This document shows, piece by piece, positions 46,473 through 59,469 of a stretch of DNA of 64,000 nucleotides. The notes below the pieces were generated by a model, which saw only the letters and a program-made list of their open reading frames with translations, was not told the origin of the DNA and ran no database searches. Source of the stretch: Eledone cirrhosa (Eukaryota); assembly GCA_964016885.1 (NCBI GenBank), contig OZ024743.1, positions 248,682,001 through 248,746,000 of the forward strand. The letters are read 5' to 3'. Every line of letters begins with the position of its first letter. Position 1 is the stretch's first letter. The position numbers and the translations under genes were made by a program.

Positions 46473-49400
46473 ATAATCATCATCATTGATTAATGTCTAT
46501 CTTCCACGCTAGCATGGGTTAGATGAGTTTGTCCCATTTAGAGGCAAGTTGGGTCGGATGACTGTGTCTCGCTCATATAGGAGAGTATCTAGCTGGTTTT
46601 CTACAGCTGGATGCCCTTCCTAACGCCAACCACATTGAAAGTGTGTGCTGGGTGCTTTTTACCATGTCTTTTACATGTCCACTTTACAGTGTGGGCTGGG
46701 TATTTTTGGTTGTGACATCTACACAATCACTTTACAGTGTGGATTGGGCACCTTTGTCTGGCCGCTAGGGAGCGGGTAGGAAGCTTGGGGGAAAATGTGA
46801 ACAAGGTAGTAGGGAGGTATGGTTACAGCTAAGCGAGGTGAATGAGAGGGGATAGGAGGTGGAGGAAGGTGTTGCCTACTAGGTATAAGCCTCATCCTGA
46901 GAATAATAGAAGGCAGGTCTTCTGTAAAACTGCATAGCGCCAGAGGCCACAGTCCTGTGTCATTGCCTTTGAGAGGTGTAATTGTGCAAGGTCAGATTTT
47001 ATTACCTCATCCCAAGTCTTCCTAGGCCTGCCCACACCATGGCTACCATCTACTTTGAGCGCTCTGCACCTTATCATACAGCTGTCATCCTTCATATGCA
47101 TCACATGTCCATACCAACGCAATCTCCTCTCCTGCTTGCAACAACTGATCCTTCTTATGCCTAATTTCTCACGCAGTATATTTATAGTTTGCCATTCATG
47201 TATATTGCTATTTCACATCCAGCGAAGCATGGAGGCTTCATTTCTTTCCAATTGTTGCAGGTCCTCAGTACACAGTACCCAGATCTCGCTGCTGTGCAAT
47301 ATTGTTGCTCATATACATGTATCATACAGTCTGCTTTTCATTTTGAGAGAAAAACCTTTTGTAGTTAGTGATGGTAGTAGCTCCCTGAATTTTCTCCACC
47401 CCAATCTGATTCTGGTTACTATGCTTTCAGAATACCCTCCCCCACTACTGACTTGGTCACCCAGGTAACGGAAACTATCTACCACTTCAACCAAGCCCTC
47501 TGAGAAGGTGGTTGTATCCTGAGGGTTCTTGCTACTTACTGCCCCTGTGCACCAGCCACAAGTAAAACCTACATTCTTTGTTAGCCTATCTAAGATCCCA
47601 CTACATCTCTTGTGTACCCGTTGCTTGCATTTCGTACATAGAATGGAATTTCTATCTACTCCTTTACTGCACATTGAGCAGGGCCATTTCCCAAAGGGCA
47701 CCTGTGTCCTATTTTCCTTTCTACATACATTTCCCAGAGGAGATCTGGGTCCTGTTATCCCTTCTACTTACTAGGACTTTAGTCTTTGCCAGGTTAACTT
47801 TAAGACATTTAGATTCTAAGCCTTGCTTCCAGGTTTGTAATTTCATCTCTAGTTCAGCAATAGATTCGGCTATAAGGGTTAGGTCATCAGCATACAAAAG
47901 TTCCCATGGGCAGCCAGCCTTAAATGCCTCCGTTATTGCCTGCAGAATGATAATAAACAGAAGAAGGTTAAGAACAGAGCCCTGATGGACACCAACCTGC
48001 ATGCTAAATTCTTCACTATAGTCATTGTTAATTCTAACCTTACTGGCTGTTCTTCTATACATTGCTTGAATTGCCCTCACAAGCTATTCATCAACTAGTT
48101 TCCTAAGAGTCCACCAGATAATGGAACAGGGGACTCTGTCAAGAGCTTTCTCAAGGTTGACAAAAGCCAGGTAGAGGGGCTTACTCTTAGCTAGGTACTT
48201 CTCCTGCAGTTGTCTTACAAGGAAGAGGGCATCTGCAGTACTCTTACCTGGGACAAATCCAAACTGTATCTCATCTATGTTGACACGTTCTCTATTCAGC
48301 TGAGTTAAGACTCTTTCAGTGACCTTCATAATCTGGTCAACCACCTTAATGCCTCTATAGTTTTCTCTATCTAGGGCGGCTCCTTTGCCCTTGTAGCAGT
48401 TTACGATGATGCTGCTACACCAGTCATTGGGTATGACACCATTTTGTATGGCTTGGTTTACAATGCGGGAGACTATGGCGTGGCCCACCATACCTGAAGT
48501 TTTCAGCATCCCAGCAACTATCCCTGAGGGTCCAGCTGCCCTGTTTGACTTCATATCCTTGATTGCCTTGCTTACTATACTACCGCTAACTTGTACAGCC
48601 AGTCCCTCTGTTGGGTCGACATGTGACATACTGTCTTTATCCAATACATTCTCTTCATTCAGTAATCTTTCATAGTGGCACTTCCATACTACCTTCTTTT
48701 CAGTGTCAATGAGGGCAAGTTTGCCAAAGTCATTTCTGACACACTTCTCTCTCTCGACATCACAATTTTCCCTGACACACTGTCTAGCGATCCCGAACAC
48801 CTCACATCTTTGATCCTCACGCTGCAAAACATGCTTAAATTATTTTGTTTTCTGCTTCCCTTCCAGCAAGGTAAACTTGTCGCCTAGCTTCTCTCCTAGC
48901 TTTCTGGTAAACTTCCCTGCTACCCCCATTATGTCAATCTTTCCAAGCCTGTCTTTTAGTCTTAATTGTCTCATCTACTTTACTATTCCACCACCAAGTC
49001 ACTCTCCATCTCCCAAGAGACCTACTCCAACCACAGATTTCATCTGTCACCTTCAGTAGGTTATCTTTCTGGAACTCCCACTGCTCCTCTATATCATATA
49101 TCTCTATTTGTTCCTCCTTGCTGCCAAAAGTGTTGGTCAACATACTTATAAATTTGTCACTGTTTGATGGGTCTTTTAACTTCCATACTCGTCTGCTCCA
49201 GGTTGGCTTCAGTTGGTGAGTTCTTCTAGTCCTGACTATAAGGTCGCTAACTACTAGGTTATGTTGGGAGGTGCATTCTTCACTGGGGGGGGGGGGGGGG
49301 ATTTGTGTTCCTAACAGCCACTCTGTCTCGTCTTCTAGTAATAATGAAATCAATCTGACTGGCGATTAGGTGGACTATGTGATTAGGTGGCTGTCTCATT

Positions 49401-49995
49401 TTCTGAAGTTCGTGTTACAGATAAATAGGTCATTGGCGTAACAGAATTCCAGAAGTCTGAAGCCTTCCTCATTTCTAGGACTGTACACGTAATCCCCATG
49501 GATCCCATCAAAGCCATCTCAGAATTGTCCCACATGTCCGTTGAAGGCACCTGCAATGAGTAGGAAGTCGTTGTCATTAATTGGGTAAGTAGTGAGCATT
49601 AGGGACTCATAGAACCTGTCTTTTTGTATGTCTGGAAGTCCAGATTGAGGAGCGTAGGAAGATATGACTGTCATGGTTGTTCTGTTTAGTAAATGTCTAA
49701 GTTTAATTATTCTGTCACTTACTCTATTTACAGCAATAACTTTGTTTACCCACTTTTCAGCTACTAAAATCCCTACTCCACCCAGCCTGTCATCATTTCC
49801 CACCCAGAAAATTTTGTAGCATCATTTTTTGCCTATGAGGAATCTAGCTGACATACCTCTCCATCTAGTCTCTTGTACACAGCACACATCGACTTTCATT
49901 CGTTCAAGCATCTCTACACTCTCTCCGGATCTACCTTTCGTGGTGCCAACATTGATGGTGCCAAGTCTGAAGTTATGGAGTTTAGGGGAACTTGG
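46444..49995 (-). mobile_element. Near full-length degenerate RTE LINE (APE endonuclease, RT, 3' UTR, (GAT)n)
   Basis: GTINVG, VQETRW, GGVG, YAPQ, FNGHVG (APE); NYRGI, QFGF, GVHQGS, YADD, FRYLG, RWYGHV; many stops and frameshifts. Confidence 0.93.
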
Positions 49996-50157
49996 TAGAG
50001 GGAGGGGGAGTTGATGTTGGTTTTCCATGTCTGAAATAAATAATAGTGATTGCATGATCATCCAGAAGTGGTTGGTGGGTTCATATTTGTCCATTAGTAA
50101 TACTCCATCGAAACAAATATTGTTATACTTGGGGAGGGTCATATCGTCGTAATAATT

Positions 50158-50342
50158 GTTTCTACTTTGTGACACAAGGCCAGCAATTACCCAGTGCATT
50201 ACTGGTACTTTATTTTATCGACCCCGTAAGGATGAAAGGCAAAGTTAACCTCGGCAGGATTTGAACTCAGACCATAAAGGGCCGTAACTCTTTGCTGCAA
50301 AGCATGGCGTCCGACCCTCTACCGATACTGCCAATCCACTGT
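50158..50342 (-). mobile_element. SINE (9135 family)
   Basis: Same diagnostic core sequence. Confidence 0.9.
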
Positions 50343-51879
50343 CATCTGACACTATAATAATTCTCCCAATTCACCCACCTTAACTGGTACTTTATTTTAT
50401 TGACCCCCGCCAAAAATTTGACACCACTGTAATCCCCTAATCTATCCATGGCCCTAATCTATCCAGGATCTTCTCCTCCCCACTTAAATCTTAACACAAA
50501 AGCCATAATTTCCAAGTAGCTATTCTCTTTATTACAGTACCACCCTCATTCTTTCCCCTCCACTCATATACCCATTACATACTTTTTCATTTTTCCTACC
50601 TGCCACACACACATGATACAATACTTATCTTCCTTCTTACCTCCCCACTCATGCTACCCCCCACCCCCACACACACATTCACATAAGGTAGAAAGGTCTC
50701 TTCAATTGAATCAATGATCAATAACCTCTCTAGTGCTGGTGCCATAAAAAGGTATCAGTTCACCCTGTCAGATGGTTGGAGATAAAAAGGGCATCCAGCA
50801 GTAAAAAACATGCCAAAAAGGGTCAGAAGGAGCCTTCAGTTGTGTCAAAGGAACAACAACCTCTCTAATATTGGTGACATGATAAACACATCTAGTACAC
50901 TCTGTAAAATGATTAGTGATAGGAAGGGCATCCAGTCATAGAAAACTTGCCAAACAAAGGGCCAGGAAGACTCTTCATCATGATAAAATGCAAACAGTGC
51001 ACACTGTATAGTGTGGGAGCATATGTAAGTAAGATGAATTTCCCTGGGGATTATATTAAGGGTACATGTGTATGTGGAATGTTCAATCACTTGTATGTTA
51101 ATTTCACAAATAGGCTGTTCAATTTTTCAAACAACTCATCTTCGAAAACTCATCTTTGAAACCAATGGAGATTCAACATTTTCTCAAACATAAACTCCTT
51201 AGCTGCAGTCACATTCACACAATCTATTATCACAGAAATATTATCTCATGTTGTTGTCAGACCTTGACAACAAGTGTTTCAGTTGATTCAATCAACAGAA
51301 CAGCCTCCTTATGGGATTAATGTGTAACTGGTTGAGTATTCCTCAGGTATATGTACCCTTAATTTCAGAGTGACACTGTGTGACAAGTTGGCCCTTTGAA
51401 TTACAACTCATTTTTTCCAACTGGGTGGACAGGAGGAATGTCAAAGATACAAGGTGTTGCAAGGTATTGAACTCATGAGCTTTTCTATTTTATTAAGAAG
51501 TATATTCTTTATTTATGAACTAGAAAGTTACCAGCTCAAAGACACAATCATTATATCTTTTTGATAGCCTCATTGCAGTAGTTTTCTTCTTTGAAGTTCT
51601 AAAGAAAATTCTCTGATAATCAATCTTACACTACACATTACTATATATTTCATCGTAACTAAAACCTCACAAACGGTGTGTACAATATGGAAACGGCTTT
51701 CTTTTTATTCTTCTGGAAATGGCTTTCTTTTTTTTATTCTGGAAACCTGCTTAATAGTTCTGTTTCACTTTGAAGCCGTTATTGAATTGAAGTGTTGAGA
51801 ATAAGAAACAAATAATGCCATCAGCAAAACAGAGGTTGATAATTCATTAAGGATTTGATAGAGAATCTGAAATGATGCT

Positions 51880-53290
51880 ATCACGTCCTTTCCTCTTCTG
51901 CACCCCTAGTCTTCTCCTATTGTTTCTCCACCTTCTCCTAACATTCACCCTTCCATCATGCCTAATCTCAAATCTTTCTTCTGCCAGCTCCATTTCCCAC
52001 TCAAGCACTTCCTTCACCTATTTACTCCCATTTGCATCCAATCCTCCTTGCATCTTTCTAACCTCTGCATCACAAAAACATGCTACAACAGTTATATCAC
52101 ATGTCTAAGCTGCTGTCTCCACCACCACCTCATTCTCCGAGGTTTCCACCTCAACTTCCATCCCACCACTGAACCCATACTAACTCGCTTCTCTTGCTAT
52201 CTTAAGTGTGTGACCCTCATCCCACCCTCTCTCAGACCTGTTCCCTCGACTGCAATCTCCCTAAAGCCTACGTTCTTCTTTCCTCTACTTGCCACCCTAT
52301 CCTCACCCAATCCATCGTCCACTTCATCCTCTATCTCAATCATCTCCTTTTTAATTTTCTCACTTCTGCCAAGAAACAAAATCTTGACTCACTACGTCCT
52401 GTGTCTGCCCTTACCACCCCCACCCACTTCACCTTCAGCCCTGACCCTATTATCCCTTCACATACCACTCCCTCTCTCATCGCCCCTGCACACACCCCAA
52501 CCACCCCAGCTCCATCACCTCAACAACTAATCTCTCTCTCCTTCAGGTACACCCCATACTGTTGTTACCCAACCTCTAGATCTACCCCTATCTAAAGCTG
52601 AGTTCTAAGGGTTTACATGTCATACACACCACATCCACCTGCAACAACTTCCAAACATGTACTGAGGTTGAACAGTTTTTATGTCACTTAAAGCTCCACG
52701 CATTTTTCCACGACACACCATCATTGGCCTAAACAGACTGTTTCATAAGTCTTGAATACTGACCATCACACTGGGTGCCGAGCTCTGGCCAGTTCAGTGT
52801 CCTTAACTCCTTCATGGACACCTGCTGACATACCTTGAACTGCTTCAATTTCCACAAGTGTTCTCGTTATGCCATTCTCACTCAGGCTGAGCTTTCTGCT
52901 CTGTGTAGCCAACGGCACTGAAATAACATTGTCATTAAATCAATTGATAAATGTGGTGGTGTGGTGTGCAGACCTCTACAGGACTGAGGCCATCTGCCAG
53001 CTTCACAACCCCCTCTTTTACTGACCTTTATCTTCTGACTTACACCCCAGGCTACAAACAGCTTGTGTCCTCCACCATCCACCAACTCATCTCCTCCCTG
53101 CCCCCACTGCTACAAATCTTATAGTATGCACACCTTGCACACCCAAAATCTATTTCTTCCCCAAGATACATAAACCTAACAGTCCTGGCTGTCCCATTGT
53201 TTCCCACTGAAATAATCTCTCAAAACCTAGACACCTTCCAATCATGCTCTGCCACTTTTTAACTATTCTTCTCTCCTGGCCCTTCTTACC
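51880..53290 (+). mobile_element. Old degenerate copy of the C-rich PLE family at 59470
   Basis: MPNLKSFFCQLH..TKTCYNSYITCLSCCLHHHLILRGFHLNF matches MPNLRSFLHQLH..; IKSIDKCGG and FLPKIHKPNSPGCPIVS remnants. Confidence 0.8.
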
Positions 53291-53294
53291 TTAC

Positions 53295-53512
53295 AGATGC
53301 TTCCTTGATGAAATCCCTGCAGCATTCGATATAGTTAAGACTGAGTCATATACCCTAATGGGAGGCATCAATGCACATGTTAGCACTGACCACCTGACAT
53401 GGAAAAAGTGATTGGAAGGAATAGCCACCAAGATCTAAATACAAATGGAGAAGCCTTATTAGACTTCTGTTTTAGTAATGGACTCTCTATAATTAATACT
53501 TTCTTCCAGAAC
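53295..53512 (+). pseudogene. RTE APE endonuclease fragment
   Basis: LMGGINAHV..WKKVIGRN..LNTNGEALLDFC..GLSIINTFF. Confidence 0.75.
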
Positions 53513-53564
53513 ATAGAGGGGGGGGGGGAGAAGAAAAAGAAGAAGATTATTTATGAGTGTGTAT

Positions 53565-53860
53565 GTTTAGGGTGTTTGCCTTATGATTGGAAAGTCATTA
53601 TTTTTATACCTGGTGATTGTGTCCTTGAGCAAGACATTTTACTTCATGTTGTTCCAGTTGAAAAAAAGTTAGTTATACCTGTATTTCAAAGGGCCAACAT
53701 TATCAACACAATATGTCATGCTGAATTTCCCTGCAAACTAACTAAAGGGTAGACATGTCTGTGGAATACTCAGCCACATGCATGTTAATTTTACAAGCAG
53801 GTGGTTTCATTGATCAAACAACTGGAATACTCAATGTCATAACCAATGGAGATCCAACAC
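53565..53860 (+). mobile_element. SINE (same family as 1750)
   Basis: GTGTCCTTGAGCAAGACA, TTCAAAGGGCCAAC, GTGGAATACTCAGCCAC. Confidence 0.7.
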
Positions 53861-55808
53861 ATCATATGTGTGCGTGTGTATGTGTGCGTGTTTGTGTATT
53901 AGTCTGTCTGTGTGTGTTTTTATCTCGCTCTCTCTCTCTCTCTATTTGTTTATCTGTGTGTTTATCTGTCTGTCTGTCTATGAGTGTTAGTCTGTCTGTG
54001 TCTTTATCTGTCTGTGTGTATCTGTCTGTGTGTGTGTCTGTGTGTCTATGTGTGTTTGTCTGTTGTGTGTCAGTATGTGTGTGTCTGTCTGCCTATGTGT
54101 GTGTCTGTCTGCCTATGTGTGTGTCTGTCCATGTGTGTTTGCCTGTTGTTTATCTGTCTGTGTGTGTCTATGTTTATCTGGTGTATGTGTGTCTATTTGT
54201 CTATGTATGTCTAATCATAAACCATAGTATCCAAATATTATTTTATGTCATTGAATATTGGTATTGTCCTGAATGCCTGACTGAATCTTTTACATTTAAT
54301 CCAACAGTTCTGAGTTCAAATCTCACCAATGTTTACCTTGCATTTTCCTCCTTCCAATATCGATAAATTGATTGATTTAATCAACTATTTGCTTTAGTAT
54401 GAGAAAACAATTATACGCTTATGCCCTCATCAAAATAATTGATTATTATCAAAAAATTACATTTTGAAATACTTAATGCCTCAGCATTAAGTATTTCAAA
54501 ATGTAATTTTGGTGGTTTCAGTCACTACCTGAGGAGTCTTACTAAACATTTTTACTTTTGTCCTGTAACTTATTGGTTTAATAAAACAGTACCAGGCTTG
54601 AAAAAAATACATATTGGGGGTTGATAGGATTGACTTTAAGTTGATGCCCTAACATGGCTGCTGTCTAATCATCTCATCTCTGTACATTTTCTGCAGTGTT
54701 CTGAGTGCTTCTGATGGAGTTTTCCCCAGCTGGAGCAGAAACTTTGGACTGGTTTGTTGCTCGATGGCCTAGAATTGAGGAATTGTTAACAAAAACACGT
54801 GAAAAAACATATAATGACTACAGAGAGCTGAGATCGCAGTTATATACTCACCAGATATTACGTCATATGGTGACACAACCTGCTAATCCCTACCCCACTC
54901 ATAGTTCACACAGCACACTAAGTCCTGTTACTTTCTGACACACCTTGTATGTCCCATTCTCAATAAAACAATCTCTCTGACCCTGCCAGCTATCAACTTC
55001 AGTGAAAGCAATGAAGTAGCGCTTTACATCTGTAAAGTCTGATATGGAAACCTCTTAGTAAAGTTTCCCATCTAAAGCCTCTATCTGTCTTATCACTTTG
55101 ATTGGAAATTTCTTACCAAGTATTTCCATCATAACACATGGGCTCTATCCGTGTTGTCGCTGTCCTATATCCTATCAACTCTGGTGTACCTCAGTGCTCT
55201 GTGATACCGCTTGCACCTTTTTTTTCTGTTCCATATAAACAACACAAAACTAAAGCCATTAAACACATAAAGATTAAGCTTCCACTTCAGCAGCAATGTC
55301 AGATGTAGAAGTACACAGTGGGTGGCGTTCCCCTAGTTTTCAGTTTGAGGTGGGAGTGGGAGATTATAACAGCCAATGCCTTCTTCTTAAACTTGACCCT
55401 CACAAACTTTAGTGTTACTCATAGTTCATAAATCTGTTTTCCTCACTGTTCTTCAGATTTAAAACGTACTTCACCTCTGTGATCAGTTGCTGATCCTCTA
55501 GAAAACTTAGGTGCCACCCTCATTGAAATTTCACTCTTGTGTCAGGACCAGTGCTACTGCTATACATATAAACATTCTAGACCACCCTCACACCTTAATC
55601 CTATCGTTATTGTGTATCTAATTAAATACTTTTCATTTACATTAATTAATGAAGAATTTAGGAAGAATTTAGTAAAACCATAATTTCATTAAGATGCTAT
55701 TTGTAAAATAACAAAATGTTATATTATTAAACTTATGTTGGAAGGTTTCAATTTAAGTAGGAACGTTTTAACATGGGTGGTTTTGTTTCATAAAAACAGA
55801 GGTGGATT

Positions 55809-55848
<40 letters not shown>

Positions 55849-55849
<1 letters not shown>

Positions 55850-56588
55850 TTGGCATGGCAATAAAGTCTTTAGAATAACCCTTTAAATGAAAATGCACAA
55901 CATATTGAAACTAAAGTTATTTATTCTGCAAAACATTATTTCCATTGAATGCTATAACATATTTACAGTGCAAAGCATTTAACTCTTTCTGGAACACTTC
56001 TTTTGCCAATTGTCAAAATCAGTGCAATGATTCATCCACCACCTCTTCTAATGAAGTGAAAACAAATTGTCTTTGTTTATTCCAGTAGCATGCGCAATGC
56101 AACACAATGATTGTTTTGATTCTGCATCAATGATACTTTGAATGAGTTGAATGATGGCATCAATAGGGGTTGTGCAAGGATGGCCAGAACGAGGAGCATC
56201 AATAAATGATGATCTACTGCCATCTTTGAATTGTTTCACCCAATGATAGATGGTTGAATTTGCTGGAACGTTGTTAAATCTACTCTCCTTCAGTTGTGCA
56301 ATAATATTTGTTGCTGATTTGCATCGTTTACATTCAATGAAAACATATGCTTTAAAATTTTCTTGACATAAATCCATTTGATGTGTGTATTATAAACTAA
56401 CAAGAATGTATTATAAACTAACGAGAAATACAGCAAAATAATTATGCATGGGCCTGTGATAAAATACAGCATTCATATAGAATATCACATGTGTACAACA
56501 AAGTTCAAATTCCAACTAATATTAACTACATTCACTGCTATATACGGCACACAGCCTACTATTTTAAAGACTTTATTGCCATGCCAAG
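55849..56588 (-). mobile_element. Internally deleted mariner transposon with N-terminal HTH remnant (56377-56048)
   Basis: TIR CTTGGCATGGCAATAAAGTCTTTA at both ends, in (TA)n; TIYHWVKQFKDG..DAPRSGHP. Confidence 0.9.
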
Positions 56589-56984
56589 TATATATATATG
56601 TATATATATATAATGGATTCTAATGTAAGCACGAGGCCAGTAATTTTGGAAGAAGTGGGAAAGTCGATTAAATCGCCCCCAGTGTATTACTGGTGCTTTA
56701 TTTTATCGACCCTGTAAGGATGAAAGGCAAAGCTAACCATGACAAATTAAACCCACAAACTAACTGCAAAACTAGGAAAGTAGTATATAGCATAAGATGT
56801 ACTGAGAGACAAGTATATATATATATATATTTTTGTTTTTCTAAAAAATAAATCATACACAAAATGCCAGCACCAACAGTTTTGCAAGAGATGTCAATAT
56901 GAATGGACCTGTTATTTTTATCTAAAGATATTTTTTCCAATTCCATCCCGCCCATCCTCTCAATCTATCTTATTTTTCATTCTT

Positions 56985-57020
56985 TCTTCTGATGAAGGAC
57001 TAGCGTCCGAAACGCTAAGA
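56985..57020 (+). ncRNA. Hammerhead motif with probable core mutation (GCU instead of GUH)
   Basis: UCUU-CUGAUGA-A-GGAC(UAGC)GUCC-GAAAC-GCU-AAGA; decayed homolog at ~41750-41785. Confidence 0.55.
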
Positions 57021-57273
57021 CCCTCTTCCTGCTATATCAAGCGTTAACCTAATATATCCCTTCCATATACTGTACCGATTGTGTTGTTATTTCTGTTTAC
57101 CTTTTACATACATATATATATATATATATTCATTTAGGTTTGTTGGTTCACCACAGGATAGAACTGGTCATTCCGTATAGTCAACCTTGATGTAATATTA
57201 GGGAGAGCACTCGACGTAATGCAACTCACCCGTCTTTGTTTGTGTTGTTGGTGGTGCGAGTACGGAGTTAATT

Positions 57274-57759
57274 ATTATAAAATAACAGGAGGCTGGACTG
57301 GTGTAATTCCTTAAAAGTTTATTATACTATGAACATTTCAATGACTGGGTTCAGTAAGAAACCGGTGACATCATCAGGAATTCGAAATTTAACAAAGGAA
57401 TATAATAGACTCAATCTATGGGGCTGAAAAGGTAGAGAGACGAGAAGGCAGCCAAACATTTATGAAAAGGTTAAGTGTATTATTGATAGTCATGATAAAG
57501 TTTCAGAGTAGAATATAAAGTTAAGATTAAGATTAAAAAGTAAGATTAAGCCCATACTAGACCAGACTAGAAAGTGTTAAATGTTTGGCCGCCTTCTTGT
57601 CTCTCTGCCTTTTCAGCCCCATGGATTGAGTCTATTATATTCCTTTGTTAAATTTCGAATACCTGATGATGTCACCGGATTCATACTGAACCCGGTCATT
57701 GAAATGTTCATAGTATAATAAACCTTTAAGGAATTACACCAGTCCAGCCTCCTGTTATT

Positions 57760-57766
<7 letters not shown>
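57274..57766. repeat. ~189-bp inverted repeat (57274-57462 / 57578-57766), each arm with a hammerhead
   Basis: Arms reverse-complementary with scattered mismatches. Confidence 0.92.
57659..57716 (+). ncRNA. Type-I hammerhead; mirror copy at 57324-57381 on minus
   Basis: AUAC-CUGAUGA-extended stem II (ACCGG/CCGGU)-GAAAU-GUUC-AUA-GUAU. Confidence 0.65.
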
Positions 57767-57805
<39 letters not shown>

Positions 57806-58459
57806 TACATATATATATAAATATATAAATATATATATATCATCATCATCATCATCTACGTTAAATGAAGATGATGATGATGATGATATATATATATATT
57901 TATATATATACACAGTTCAAGAGTAACCAATCTTAAAGAGAGAGATGGAGATAGGAGAGCAGATATGAGAGGAGAGATTGGTGAATTAGTTAGAAGCCAA
58001 AGCGTAAAGGCATGTGCTCAATGTGCAATATGCAGTAGAAAGCAGCTAGGTGGCTGGGTTCATGCAGAAGTTAGGTGCGCAGAGCTGGAAATATTCATTA
58101 GTTAATTCCTTACATCAAACTAAAATATGTTGACAATCTTTTAATAATATCTTCCTTGTGAAATTTGTGGTCTTGTTTTGCTTAACTAATGAATATATAT
58201 ATATATATTTATATATATATAAGTATATATATATTTATATATATATAATTATATATATATTTATATATAATAATAAGGGTTAACGGACCCAGCATATTTA
58301 TCAATGCCAGTACCGGTTGCATCTCAGCGCACTCAATGGACAATGTAAGATACATTACCAGAGTATACACATACTTATTAGAGTATACACATACTTATTA
58401 GAGTATACACATACTTATTGTAGGCTTCACATGCAGCAGCTGTGCTGGGAGAGCAAGCA

Positions 58460-59413
58460 GCAAACAGCCACAGGAAACAAGTACCATCAATCTCTGGGAG
58501 GGCTCTGTAGAAACAGTAGACTGCTTCTGCTACCTAGGTGACCGAATTAGCAGCGGAGGTGGGTGTTCAGAAAGTACAATAACTAGGGTAAGAATGGGAT
58601 GGAAGAAGTTTAGGGAACTACTACCACTGCTAGCTGCAAAAGGCTTCTCCCTCAAAATGAAAGGCAGACTGTATGATGCGTGTATCCAAACAGCGATGTT
58701 GCATGGTAGTGAGACCTGGGTGCTAAAGGTGGAAGACTTACGTAGATTAGAGAGAAACGAAGCCTGCATGCTCCGATGGATGTGTAACAGTAATATACGT
58801 GAACGACAAAGCATAAATGAATTGAGAGAGAGACTGAGCATAAGAGGAATCAAATGCTGTGTGCAGGAGAGGCGGTTGTGTTGGTATGGACATGTGATGC
58901 GTATGAAGGATGACAGCTGCATAAAAAAGTGTAGAGCACTAGAAGTCGATGGAAACCGAGGAGTGGGGAGACCCAAGATGACCTGGGATGAGGTGTTAAA
59001 AGCCGACCTTACCCAATTACACCTCTCAAAGGCAATGACACACGACCGTGACCTCTGGCGTCACGCAGTAATACAGAGTACCCGACCTCCCATGGGTACA
59101 AGCTGAAGCATATAGACAATATGCCCCCCACACACCCCCACTGCAAGGTGGTCGTGGAGGTGCCACGACAAAAAAAGCACCCAGCCCAAACTGTAAAGTG
59201 GACGTGTAGGTGCCACGAAAAAGCACCCAGCACTCACTGTAAATGAGGTTGGTGTTAGGAAGAGCATCCAGCTGTAGAAATCAAGCCAAATCAGTTCCTG
59301 TATGAGCAAGGCATGGTCAGCCGACCAGACACTGCCCACAACAGGACAACCCGTTTAGCCCATGCTAGCATGGAAGAACGGACGTAAAACGGTGATGATG
59401 ATGATGATGATGA
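58460..59413 (+). mobile_element. RTE LINE 3' fragment with UTR and (GAT)n tail
   Basis: GWKKFRELLPLL, LHGSETW, RRLCWYGHV, GRPKMTW. Confidence 0.92.
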
Positions 59414-59469
59414 TATATATTTATATATATATATAATTATATATATATATTTATATATATATATATATA

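Noticed and set aside
55000-55250. LINE RT remnant (SGVPQ-like)
   Set aside because: Too degenerate to delimit or classify
57841-57886. (CAT)n-(GAT)n hairpin
   Set aside because: Likely two opposed RTE tail stubs; low complexity
58360-58419. 3 x 20-bp tandem repeat
   Set aside because: Ordinary slippage duplication with no further signal
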